A DNA stretch of 25,184 bases from Pseudomonadota bacterium (GTDB taxonomy: Bacteria > Myxococcota > JACRCW01 > JAFGSX01): contig JBDRCO010000093.1 of NCBI GenBank assembly GCA_043821645.1, positions 1 through 25,184 on the forward strand, given 5' to 3'. Position 1 is the stretch's first letter. Every line of letters begins with the position of its first letter. The translations under genes and the position numbers were made by a program. Shown here piece by piece: positions 7,710-17,400 of the stretch. The notes beneath the pieces are model-generated. The model did no database searches. It saw only the letters and a program-made list of their open reading frames with translations, and was not told the DNA's origin.

Positions 7710-7801
7710 GGGTCCTCCTGGTCCTGGCGCCACGCGTCACCTGCTGGCGCCACCTGGCTCCAGGTTAAGACCCTTGCCTCCAGCATCCAAATTTTCGGCC
7801 G

Positions 7802-8572
7802 CTAATCGCAAAGAGCACCCAGCAGCTCGTCGTGAAACACCCCGTTGCTGGCCACCACCAGGGGCGCGTTCAGGGCAAAAGCGGCACCGTCGAGATCGCT
7901 CATCCTGCCCCCGGCCTCTTCGACCAGCAGCCAGGCTGCGGCCACATCCCAGGGGTTGAGACCGCCCTCCCAGAAACCGTCGAAGCGGCCCGCCGCCACG
8001 TAGGCCAGATCCAGGGCAGCAGCTCCCACCCGCCGCACCGCGCGCGAACGAGCCACCACCCGGGTCACGCGCTGCATGGTGGCGCGCACCTCGTCCTCGT
8101 CGGGACGGTAGTTGTAGCCCGTGGCCAGCATGGCGTCCTGCAGCCGGGCGGTCGAGGTGACCTTGATCGGTGCGCCATTGAGCCAGGCGCCGTGGCCGCG
8201 CCGCGCCGTGAACAGCTCGTCGCGCTCGGGATCGTACAGCGCCGCGACCTCGATGGCGCCGTCCACCTCGAGCGCCACACTGGTGCAGTAGTAGGGAAAA
8301 CCACTGACGAAGTTGAGCGTGCCGTCGATGGGATCCACCAGCCAGCGGTGGCGGCCCTCGCCCCGGGCGCCGTGCTCCTCGCCGAAGAAGGCGTGGTCCG
8401 GACAGGCGCCGAGCAGGATCTCGCGCAGCCGCGTCTCGACCTCACGGTCGATGGCGGTGACGAGGTCCGCGCGATCTTTCTTTTGTCCGACCTCGGTCAC
8501 ACGACCCGCATGAAAGCGCGCCATGCGGCCACCTTCGCGCGCGGCCTGCACGGCCAGATGCATGAAATCCAT
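7802..8572 (-). CDS. suhB: Inositol monophosphatase family protein (SuhB-like)
   Basis: DLVTAID, FFGEE, WLVDPIDGTLNF, GAAALDLAYVAAGRFDGFWE and PWDVAA motifs. Probable start is the ATG at 8572 after GAGAAAGG. Confidence 0.93.
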   Translation of the reverse strand: MDFMHLAVQAAREGGRMARFHAGRVTEVGQKKDRADLVTAIDREVETRLREILLGACPDHAFFGEEHGARGEGRHRWLVDPIDGTLNFVSGFPYYCTSVALEVDGAIEVAALYDPERDELFTARRGHGAWLNGAPIKVTSTARLQDAMLATGYNYRPDEDEVRATMQRVTRVVARSRAVRRVGAAALDLAYVAAGRFDGFWEGGLNPWDVAAAWLLVEEAGGRMSDLDGAAFALNAPLVVASNGVFHDELLGALCD

Positions 8573-8698
8573 GATGTGCACCTTTCTCAATGACGTCGCC
8601 ACGTCGCGCATGATGGCGCCGCCCGGGGAGTCCTTGCAAGGCGCACGCACGGTCACTACCTAGCTGCGCGAGCAGAACTTCGACAGCGGGAGCCCGCC

Positions 8699-9457
8699 AT
8701 GCAGATCGATCTTTGCGGCAAGACCGCCCTCGTCACCGGAGGCTCGCGCGGCATCGGTCGGGCCATCGCCATCAAGCTGGCCGCCAGCGGCGCTCGCGTC
8801 GCCGTCAACTACGTACGCCATGGCGCTGCTGCCGAGGACACGGCCAGGGCCATCCGGGAAGCCGGGGGCGAGGCCCTGTGCGTGCGCGCCAATGTCGGCG
8901 AACCCGAGCACCTGCACCGCATGTTCGAGGAGCTGCACGAGAAGTGGGGCGACAGGCTCGACATCCTGATCAGCAACGCGGCCAGCGGCGTGATCAAGCC
9001 AGCCCTGGAGCTGACCGAGCGCCACTGGGACTGGACCATGAACATCAATGCCGCCACCCTGCTGCACCTGACCAAGCACGTGGCGCCGATGATGCCCGAG
9101 GGCGGGACCATCGTCGCGGTCAGCTCGCTGGGTGCGGTGCGGGCGATCCCGCTCTATGCCGCGGTGGGCGCCAGCAAGGCCGCCCTGGAGTCCCTGGTGC
9201 GCCACCTGGCGGTGGAGCTGGCCGGCCGCAACATCCGGGTCAACGCGGTGAGCGCGGGTGTGGTCGACACCGACGCCCTCAAGCACTTCCCTCACCGCGA
9301 CGACATCATGGGCAACAGCATGGTCAAGACGCCGGCGGGTCGGCTCACCACCCCGCAGGACGTTGCCGACGTGACCATGTTCCTGGTCAGCGACCTGGCG
9401 CGCATGGTCATCGGTCAGACCGTCACCGTGGACGGCGGCTACAGCGTGCAGGCGTGA
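8699..9457 (+). CDS. fabL: SDR oxidoreductase, enoyl-[ACP] reductase FabL-like
   Basis: TGGSRGIG Rossmann motif, NAASGV and HWDWTMNINA, Y-x6-K (YAAVGASK), and VNAVSAGVVDTDALKHFP, all closely recalling Bacillus FabL. Confidence 0.85.
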   Translation: MQIDLCGKTALVTGGSRGIGRAIAIKLAASGARVAVNYVRHGAAAEDTARAIREAGGEALCVRANVGEPEHLHRMFEELHEKWGDRLDILISNAASGVIKPALELTERHWDWTMNINAATLLHLTKHVAPMMPEGGTIVAVSSLGAVRAIPLYAAVGASKAALESLVRHLAVELAGRNIRVNAVSAGVVDTDALKHFPHRDDIMGNSMVKTPAGRLTTPQDVADVTMFLVSDLARMVIGQTVTVDGGYSVQA

Positions 9458-9575
9458 CGCCGCCCCGATAAAAACGAGCCTGACCCCAAAAAAATTCGTC
9501 AAGGGGAGTCCCCTGTTTCGAGTTCAGGGGTACAATCGCTCGCTATCCAGCGATCCCGAGCTGCTAGGAGTCCCC

Positions 9576-10463
9576 ATGCGACACCCTGTGTTGACGTTCG
9601 TGTGCTGCACGCTGCTGCTGCCCGCTGGCCTGCAGGCCCAGGATGAGCCCGCCGAACCCGCAGCAGCCGAGGCCACAGGCGACGAGGGCGGCGAGCCCAT
9701 GGCTCCCCCTTTCAAGATCCTGCCAGGTCCGGTCGACGGCGCCCTGGGCGAGTTCGCCACCATCCAGGTGCCCGAGGGCTATGGCTTCGTGCCCAAGTCC
9801 GAGATGCCCGCGCTCAACGCGGCCACCCAGAACCTCGACAACCCCAGTGACCTGGGCGCCATCCTCGGCGACAAGTTCATCGTGTTCTTCTCGTGGGACG
9901 ACATCGGCTACGTCAAGGACGACGAGAAGGACGAGCTGGATGCCAAGGAGCTGCTCGAGAATTTTCAACAAGGCCAGCTCGAGGCCAACAAGGTGCGCGA
10001 GCAGCAGGGCTTTCCGCCGCTGTTCATCGACGGCTGGCAGACCCCGCCCTACTACGACCAGCAGACCAACAACCTGACCTGGGCCACCAAGCTGCGCTCG
10101 GGCGACGCCGAGGGCTTCACGGTCAACCACAACGTGCGCCTGCTCGGCCGCCGCGGCGTGATGTCCGCCACCCTGGTCGGCGCACCCGAGGGCATGGCCG
10201 ACGCCATCGTCGCGCTCAATGGAATGCTTGGCCACTACACCTACAACGAGGGCCAGCGATACAGCGAGTTCTCCCAGGGCGACAAGCTGGCCGCGGTGGG
10301 CTTGAGCGCGCTGGTGCTCGGCGGGGGCGCGGCCCTGGCGGCCAAGACCGGACTACTGGGGCAGCTGGGCAAGTTCATCAAGGTCATCGTGCTCGGCGTG
10401 GTTGGCGCGGCCGCCGCCGTGGGCAAGTGGTTCAAGTCCAAGTTCGGGCGCAGCCAGAGCTGA
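9576..10463 (+). CDS. DUF2167 family membrane-anchored exported protein
   Basis: Signal peptide, IGYVKDDE, GWQTPPYYD...NLTWA, VNHNVRLLGRRGV, GQRYSEF..GDKLA, and a C-terminal Gly-rich TM region. RBS TAGGAG. Confidence 0.9.
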   Translation: MRHPVLTFVCCTLLLPAGLQAQDEPAEPAAAEATGDEGGEPMAPPFKILPGPVDGALGEFATIQVPEGYGFVPKSEMPALNAATQNLDNPSDLGAILGDKFIVFFSWDDIGYVKDDEKDELDAKELLENFQQGQLEANKVREQQGFPPLFIDGWQTPPYYDQQTNNLTWATKLRSGDAEGFTVNHNVRLLGRRGVMSATLVGAPEGMADAIVALNGMLGHYTYNEGQRYSEFSQGDKLAAVGLSALVLGGGAALAAKTGLLGQLGKFIKVIVLGVVGAAAAVGKWFKSKFGRSQS

Positions 10464-10515
10464 GCGTCCGAGCCCGCCGTCGACGACGCTTCACCAGGAT
10501 CCGGCACCACGCATC

Positions 10516-11637
10516 ATGTCTCCCTTCATCAGCTTGCTCGTCGTGGTGGTCCTGCTTTATGCCATCGACAGCTGGATGGCCTTGCCCGCGAACAGCGTGA
10601 TCTTCCGCAGCGAGCTGGGAGGGCGCTTTCGCGTGTTCAGCGCTCAGCGCGGCGGCCTGCGCGTGCGCGGAGGTCTGTACCTGGTACGCGCGCCACTCGT
10701 GCCCTGGGGCCGCCTCGTGGTCACGGCCCTGCCGCCCTGCCAGGTCACGACCCTGGGCCTGCGGCCCTCGCCTCCCTTCGCCCTGCCGCCCTTGCCTTCA
10801 CCCGACCCGAGCGCGGAGCTCCCGCTCGACTCCGTCGCCACGGCCAGCAGCGATGGCATGAGCCTGCGCCTGGGCTCGACCAGGATCCGCCTGGTGGCAC
10901 CAGGCCTGGCGCAGCACCTCGGCCGCATCCTGCGCCGCCTGGGCCGTGCCCGTCCCGAGCTTCAACGACGCTGGAGTGAGCGAGCGCAAGGACCACTGCC
11001 CGTCGACACCTGCACCGTCCACAGGCTGCGCATGTTCCTGCTGCACAGCCTGGAGCTACGCACGGCCTGCACCCTGTTCACCCTGTACGTGTTCGGCATG
11101 CTCGGGCTGTGGAGCGTGAAGGTCTTCCCGCTGCGACTGGTCACCGTGGGCGCGATCTATGCGCTGCTCCTGGGCGCCATCCAGATCTTTCACTGGCAGC
11201 TGCACCGGCGCTATTTCCCGGCCCAGCGCGGCCAGCGCTGGTTGAGGACGGTGCTCATGCTGGTCAGTCCAGCCGAGGCCATGACCGCGGTGCATGGCCT
11301 GGGGCGCGAACTGGTGGCGGGGACCTCGCCCCTGGTGGTGGCGCGGGTGCTTCTCGACCCCGCGGCCCGCGCGGACCTGGCGGCGCAGATGTTGCGGGCC
11401 GTGCGTGCCGATGCGGGAGCGGACAGCGCGCTCAGCGCCGAGCACACCCTGCGCGCCAGACAGTGCGGGCTCGATCCCGACACGCTGCTGGCCACACCGG
11501 ATGCACTCCGCGACGCTCCAGCACACTGTCCGCGCTGCCTGGAGACCTACACCTTGGGAGCCACCACCTGCACCGGCTGCCCGGGCGTCGAGCTGGTGGG
11601 CGCAGGTGGGCGGACGGGGTCACGATCGCGCAGGTGA
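10516..11637 (+). CDS. Hypothetical multi-pass membrane protein with C-terminal CxxC-x10-CxxC zinc ribbon
   Basis: ATG at 10516 (MSPFISLLVVVVLLYAID). Three to four hydrophobic segments and a C-terminal HCPRCLETYTLGATTCTGCPG. Fills the gap between neighbouring genes. Confidence 0.7.
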   Translation: MSPFISLLVVVVLLYAIDSWMALPANSVIFRSELGGRFRVFSAQRGGLRVRGGLYLVRAPLVPWGRLVVTALPPCQVTTLGLRPSPPFALPPLPSPDPSAELPLDSVATASSDGMSLRLGSTRIRLVAPGLAQHLGRILRRLGRARPELQRRWSERAQGPLPVDTCTVHRLRMFLLHSLELRTACTLFTLYVFGMLGLWSVKVFPLRLVTVGAIYALLLGAIQIFHWQLHRRYFPAQRGQRWLRTVLMLVSPAEAMTAVHGLGRELVAGTSPLVVARVLLDPAARADLAAQMLRAVRADAGADSALSAEHTLRARQCGLDPDTLLATPDALRDAPAHCPRCLETYTLGATTCTGCPGVELVGAGGRTGSRSRR

Positions 11638-11645
11638 ACAGAGGT

Positions 11646-12041
11646 CTAGCAGGCGCAGCGGCCACCACAGGCGCAGGCCTCGTCGTCACCGCTGGCGAAC
11701 ATCTGCTCGCGCATCCTGAACATCTCGTCGGACTTGGCCGCGAGGACAAAGTCACTCTCGGTGAGACCGTCGATCTTGTGGGTCCAGATATCGACCCGCA
11801 CCTGGCCCCAGCTCAGGTGGAGATCGGGATGGTGACCCTCGCGCTCGGCCACCGCGCCCAGCAGGTTGACGAAGTCGAGCCCCTGCGCGAAGTCGTCGAA
11901 GCGGTAGGTCTTGGTCAGGTGGTGAAAGTCCACGACCTGCCAGCCGTCGAGCTGGGCCAGCAGGGGATCGATGTCGCTCTTGCTCATGGCCGGGACGCCG
12001 CCGCGGCAAGGCTCGCAGCTTCTCTGTGCCAGATCGCTCAT
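11646..12041 (-). CDS. phhB: Pterin-4-alpha-carbinolamine dehydratase (4a-hydroxytetrahydrobiopterin dehydratase) with Cys-rich C-terminal extension
   Basis: AEREGHHPDL and IWTHKIDGLTESDFVLAAK catalytic His motifs. N-terminal CEPC. RBS GAGG. Confidence 0.93.
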   Translation of the reverse strand: MSDLAQRSCEPCRGGVPAMSKSDIDPLLAQLDGWQVVDFHHLTKTYRFDDFAQGLDFVNLLGAVAEREGHHPDLHLSWGQVRVDIWTHKIDGLTESDFVLAAKSDEMFRMREQMFASGDDEACACGGRCAC

Positions 12042-12165
12042 GGGTGCACCTCGCCAGGATCCCTCATGGATCGTGGAGCCATGTAGCGCGTGGGTGCGGA
12101 CTCGTCAGCTGCCCCGGAGCCCACACTTCGCGGCAGCGGCGGGCCGCTCCGAGGCCACTGAGGAC

Positions 12166-13689
12166 TCAGCCCGCCTTGGGCAGGTACACCGGCATGCCCA
12201 TGAGGGGCCACACGAAGGCCACGAACAGCCCCAGCACCACCATGAGCAGCAGGCTGGCCGGCACGCCCGCGACGAAGAACTCCTTGGTGGTGAACTGCCC
12301 CGAGCCGTAGGCGATGGCATTGGGCGCGGCGCCCACCAGCAGCAGGAAGGGCATGCCCGCCGTGACCAGGCTCGCGTACAGGATGACCTCGCCGGCGACA
12401 CCGAGGTAAGGCGCGATGACCAGGGCCACCGGCAGCGAGATCGCGATGGCCGCCACGTTCATGATGAAGTTGGTCATGATGAGCACGAAGAAGGACATGC
12501 CCAGGATGAACACGAAGGCCGGCGCCTTCTCGAACAGGGTGAGCCAGTTGACGGCCAGCCACTTGGCCGCGCCGGTCTGCCACAGGCAGAAGCCGATGCT
12601 CATGGCGCCGCCGAACAGCAGGATGATGTTCCACGGCGTGTCCTCGAGATCCTTGATGCTGAGGATCCTGAGAATGAAGAACAGGCAGGTCGGCAACAGG
12701 ATGATGGCGCTCTTGTCCAGCACCTTGAGCGCCGGGACGAAGCTGCGCAGGCTGAGCACGAGGATGGCGGACAGCACCAGCACCAGCGAGATGATCTCGT
12801 TGCGGGTGATGGGGCCGAGTTCCTGGTACAGCCGCTGCGCGCGCGAGCGTAGGCCCGGTATGTTTCTGCGCTCGGGCCTGAACCACAGCATCATGTAGAC
12901 CCACAGCAGGACCAGCATGACCAGGCCCACCGGTGCCATGTAGTAGCTCAGCTCGAAGAAGCTGATGCTCTTGCCGGCGATGTCCTTGTAAAAGCCCACC
13001 GCCACCGCGCCGCGCGCCGCGCCGAGCAGGGTGATGATGGAGCCAGCCCCGGCCACGAAGGCCATGCCGATGAACAGCCCCTTGCCAAAGCGCGTGGGTC
13101 TATCGTCGTCGCTGTACAGGCCATGGATGGCCAGCAGCAGGGGGTAGATCGTCGCCGCCACTGCCGTGTGGGCCATGATCAGGGTCAGACCCAGGGTCAA
13201 GGTGTAGCACCCCAGGTAGATCATGCTGGTGCGTTCTCCGACGAGGACCAGCATGCGGTAAGCGATGCGGCGGGTGAGCCCGGTCTTGGTGAAGACCATG
13301 CCTATGGTGAGCGAGCCAAAGATGAACCACACCGAGGGGTCCATGTAGTCGGTGAAGGCCACCCGGGGATCGCGGATCAGGAACAGGGCCTGGATCACGC
13401 CGATGAGGATGGCGGTGATGCCTATGGGCACCACCTCGGTGACCCACCAGGTGGCGGCGAGCAGGAACAGCGCGATGCCGGCCTTGCCTTCGCGGGTCAG
13501 CTCGAAGGAGGCGCCCTTGGGATCTATCGCCGCTGGCCACGCGGGCGAGAAATGCACCAGCGCGAACAGACCGAGCCCGAGCCCTATGTAGAGCACGCGC
13601 TTCCAGTCCGTTGGATTGGTGCTTCGCTTGACCGTCTCGACACGCTCGGTGGAACCGTCGGTCGCGGCGGCAGCAGCCGGGTTGTTCAT
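12166..13689 (-). CDS. SLC13/DASS family (divalent anion:sodium symporter) permease
   Basis: Probable start is the ATG at 13689 after AAGGAG. WWVTEVVPIG, PWNIILLFGGAMSIG, TNFIMNVAA and GAAPNAIAY motifs, with more than 10 TM segments. Confidence 0.92.
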   Translation of the reverse strand: MNNPAAAAATDGSTERVETVKRSTNPTDWKRVLYIGLGLGLFALVHFSPAWPAAIDPKGASFELTREGKAGIALFLLAATWWVTEVVPIGITAILIGVIQALFLIRDPRVAFTDYMDPSVWFIFGSLTIGMVFTKTGLTRRIAYRMLVLVGERTSMIYLGCYTLTLGLTLIMAHTAVAATIYPLLLAIHGLYSDDDRPTRFGKGLFIGMAFVAGAGSIITLLGAARGAVAVGFYKDIAGKSISFFELSYYMAPVGLVMLVLLWVYMMLWFRPERRNIPGLRSRAQRLYQELGPITRNEIISLVLVLSAILVLSLRSFVPALKVLDKSAIILLPTCLFFILRILSIKDLEDTPWNIILLFGGAMSIGFCLWQTGAAKWLAVNWLTLFEKAPAFVFILGMSFFVLIMTNFIMNVAAIAISLPVALVIAPYLGVAGEVILYASLVTAGMPFLLLVGAAPNAIAYGSGQFTTKEFFVAGVPASLLLMVVLGLFVAFVWPLMGMPVYLPKAG

Positions 13690-13873
13690 GGCCGCTCCTT
13701 GGCAAACACTCGAGTGGCGCATCGCCCGTGAATATGTCGTCCACTTGACGTGCACTTTGTAGGCATCCAGGCCGGTGTTCGTCAATAAATGCAAGAAATA
13801 CCGTGACGTTACTATCAGAAGCTGGAATTCTGTGAATAAAGAAATTTTATCGCCCACCTGAGTTAATTCGAGA

Positions 13874-13891
13874 AGTTACAGATCTGGAACT
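13874..13891. promoter_or_regulatory. 18-bp near-perfect palindrome in an AT-rich divergent intergenic region; candidate operator
   Basis: AGTTACAGATCTGGAACT has 8 of 9 pairs symmetric and lies between the divergent SLC13 and ferredoxin genes. Confidence 0.4.
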
Positions 13892-14065
13892 CTCCCCTGA
13901 GGTGAAGATCGGGACCCGGTGTGTGCATCGATTTTCTGGTTGATACATTCTGGTGCAGGCCGGTCGCGCCCGAGGCCGGAGCTGGGCGACCTGCCTGGCC
14001 AGGTGAGGAGGCTACATCGCTCAGGGTGGGTGCCGGAGATGGTGAAACAGAGAGGAGTGCACACC

Positions 14066-14398
14066 ATGCGTCATTTCGAGGTGCACTTCGTGGGCGCGGG
14101 GCGGCAGGTCCTGGTCGCCGAGGGTGTGGACCTGTTGACCGCCGCCCGCCTGGCAGGGGCCCCCCTGGGATCGTCCTGCGGTGGCGAGGGCAGCTGTGGC
14201 TGGTGCCGGGTGGTGGTGCTGGAGGGGGCAGATGGACTCTCGGAGCCCAACCCCAGGGAGCGCGCGCTGGCCCGCAAGCTCGGGCTCGCCGCAGACGAGC
14301 GCGTGGCCTGCATGGCGCGGGTGCACGGCGAGGTTCGGGCTACCACCAGCTACTGGGGAGCCCCGGACACGCCAGCCGACGACGGGACCTGCGGCTGA
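14066..14398 (+). CDS. 2Fe-2S ferredoxin (adrenodoxin/Fdx-type)
   Basis: CGGEGSCGWC (C-x5-C-x2-C) plus distal RVAC. ATG at 14066 after GAGGAG. Confidence 0.9.
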   Translation: MRHFEVHFVGAGRQVLVAEGVDLLTAARLAGAPLGSSCGGEGSCGWCRVVVLEGADGLSEPNPRERALARKLGLAADERVACMARVHGEVRATTSYWGAPDTPADDGTCG

Positions 14399-14405
14399 GC
14401 GTGGC

Positions 14406-17400
14406 TCAGGGTCGCTCGACGGAACCTATGTCGCAGTGCGCCCCCTGCGGGCGGAAGGTGCCGCGCTGGTCGTAGGCGGTGCAGGCCAGGTCATCGCCGG
14501 CGTCGAGGAGCGGGCTGGTGGCCTGGGGCATGTGGCTCAGGGTGATACCGGTGCCGAAGGCCAGGTTGTCGAGCCGCGGGTTCAGGGGGACGCCCGTCGA
14601 TCCAGACTGGTCGCTGGCCATGAACGAGATCCCGCAGTTCGTGCTGTCCACGCCCACGAGATTGTGGCCCTGGCTGGTCCCGGATCCGTAGTAGTCGGGA
14701 TCTCCCTGGTTGGCAAAGTTGCCCGCCACCACGGTGTTGACGAGGCTGACGCTGCCGTTGTTGACATAAATGCCACCCGCCGAGGCTTGCTGGCTGGTGT
14801 TGTTCGTGATCGTGCTGTTGATGAGCTCGACCGTGGCGCCACCCACGAACAGGGCGCAACCCCCGTCGCCGTTGTAGCCGGTGTTGCAGGTGTTGCCGCT
14901 GATCGTGGTGTTGATCAGCTTGACGGTGCCGCCCACCGCGTACAGCGCCGCGGCGCGAGAGGTCGCCGAGTTCGCGTAAAAGGTGCTGTCCTGAAAGCGC
15001 GCGGTTCCCCCGTTGATGGCCACCGGACCGTTGCCGGCAGAGTTGGCGGTGACCGTGCTGTAGTTCATCACCAGGTCCCCCGAGCTGTCGATGACAGACG
15101 CGTTGGTCGCCACATTGCTCTCGCGCAGCTCGCAGCCCTCGAGGGTGAGCTTGGCGCCCGAGGCCAGGCGCACGACGCCCCCGGCATAGCCCATGGCATT
15201 GCCGTGGCGCAGGACCATCTCGCCCAGGTAGAGGTGACCGGAGTGGACATCGAAGATGCGATGCTGGTCGTTGCCGTCGATGTAGGTGGAATCCAGGCCC
15301 TCGCCCTCGATGCGCAGGTCGACAGCCCCCGACGGCGCGTTGGCGATCACGTCGAGGTCGCCCTGGGCGGTGAGGTCCTCGGTGGGTCCGCCGGGTACCT
15401 CGATGCCGTAGATGCCGGCCTGCACAAAGATGAAGTCGGCCAGGTTGTCGGCGTTGGCCTCCTGAATGGCCGCGCGCAGTGAGCAGTCCCCGGCACCGGC
15501 ATTCATCTCACAGATGCCATTGCCTGGGACCAGGTCCGGGCCGTCGACGATGACGGTGACCTCGATGTAGCGTGCGCAGGTGACGTTGATGCCGGTGACG
15601 TTGGCGCCGTCGACCTGCCCGAAGCTGCCGTAGATGCTGCACACGCGGTTGGACGGGTTGGCCACGACGGCGAGGGTGTAGTTCTGGCCGTCGAGCACCG
15701 GGGCGTTGAAGGTGTGGGTGCCGTTGGCGATGATGCTCTCGGCCGGTGAGGCATTGAGCCTCAAGGTCAGCGTGCCAGTCGTCATGCCATAGACATAGAC
15801 CGAGATGGTGTAGGAATTGGTCACGCAGCTCACGATGGGTGGCGCCATGCTGCTGCTCACAGTGCCACTGCCACCGCTGACGCTGCAGGTCTGCGACAGG
15901 TGGGTGGGGTTGGCGGCGACGGTGACGTTGTAGGTGTCGCCGTCGGGCAGGCGGACGGGGAAGCTGGCCACGGCGGCACCCTTGGGCGGCGTGATGGGAT
16001 CCGCGCCCTTGTTGCGCAGCACCAGGCCGTTGCCGGCGAGGCCCTGGATCTGCACGGTGATGGTGCGCAGGGTGGCGCAGTCGATGCGCACGTTGGTGAC
16101 GTCGCTACCGCCGATGGTGCCCGTGCCATTGGCGGTGACCGTGCACTGCTGGTCCGGCGACGCAGGCTGGGCGCCCACGGTGACGGCGTAGGACTGGCCG
16201 GACAGGATCTTGGCCGGAAAGCTGAACGGGCGCGTGCCCGTACCTGTGATGGTGATGGGGTCGCCGCCGTTGTTGCGCAGCACCAGCCCGGTGCCCGCCA
16301 GGCCGTAGACGTTACCGCCGACGGTGAAGCTGTCGGTGACGCAGGTGGCGGTGAGGGTGACGTTGGCGCCGTTGATGGTGCCGCTGGGGTTGCTCACGGT
16401 GCAGGTCTGGTTGGGCGACACGGGGTGGATGCTGACGGTGACGCCGTAGGATCCCTGATCGGCGATGGGCGTGGGGAAGGCGCTGGTGGTGTTGCTGGTC
16501 ATGGTCAGGGTGTCGCCATTGCTGTTGGCGAAGCGCACCTGGTTGCCCACCAGGCCGCTGAGGCTGATGCGCAGGGTGTAGGTGTTGGTGACGCAGGTGA
16601 CGGTGAGCGTCACCGCGGCGCCGTTCACGGTGCCCGTGGGGTTGGTCACCGTGCAGGTCTGGCGCGGACTGCTCGGCTGGGTCTGCACCGTCACGCTGTA
16701 GCTCGCCTGATCCGCCACCTTGCTGCTGAAGGTCGAGATGCCGTTGCTGCCGACGCTCAGGGTGTTGGCGCCGTTGGCCAAAAGCAGGCCAGAGCCCGAC
16801 AGGCCGCTGACGTTGACCCGGAGATCGTAGGTGTTGGTGACGCAGGCGACCGCGAGGGTGACCGCGGCGCCATTCATCGTGCCCGAGGGGCTGGTCACGG
16901 TGCAGGTCTGGTGCGGGTTCGAGGGCTGCGTCGTCACGGTGACGTTGTAGCCCGCCTGATCCGCCACCTTGGTGCTGAAGGTGGAGATGCCGTTGTTGCT
17001 GACGCTCAGGGTGTTCGATCCGTTGGTCAGCACCAGGCCCGTGCCCGACAGGCCGCTGACATTGACCCTCAGGTCGTAGGTGTCGGTGACGCAGGCGATG
17101 CGCACGCTGGTCACGTTGGCGCCGTTGACCGTACCGCTGCCCGTGCTGCCGGTCAGGGTGCAGGTCTGGCGCGGGCCCGTGGGGTTGGTCAGCACCGTGA
17201 CGCTGTAGGTGCTGCCGTCGTCGATGGCGGTGGAGAAGGTGAAGTTGACGGTGCCGCTTCCGGTCACGGTCGTGCTGTTGCCGCCATTGTTCTGCAGCGC
17301 CAGGCCCGTACCCGCGTAGCCGCTGACCTGGCCCCCGACGGTGTATGTCGTGGTCACGCAGGTGATGCGCACGCTGGTGACGTTGGCGCTGTTGACCGTG

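Noticed and set aside
5563..7959. 798-aa + strand ORF overlapping the NSS gene
   Set aside because: Arg/Pro/Gly-rich off-frame read-through in high-GC DNA. The NSS frame carries all the family motifs.
9480..9540. Sigma70 promoter or terminator between fabL and DUF2167 (A-tract, CCCCTG/CAGGGG stem, TACAAT)
   Set aside because: A plausible -10 is present, but there is no matching -35 and no U-tract after the stem. Too weak to call.
13690..13857. N-terminal extensions given by the ORF track (SLC13 from 13857; likewise 5620, 8656, 2518, 19638, 13919, 22124, 10402)
   Set aside because: The extensions lack family similarity and coding-like composition. Downstream starts mostly have better RBSs and match the expected N-termini.
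14066..14398. Ferredoxin as the NfnAB redox partner
   Set aside because: It is an adrenodoxin-type 2Fe-2S protein 5 kb away on the opposite strand. Nfn typically uses low-potential 4Fe-4S ferredoxins or flavodoxin.
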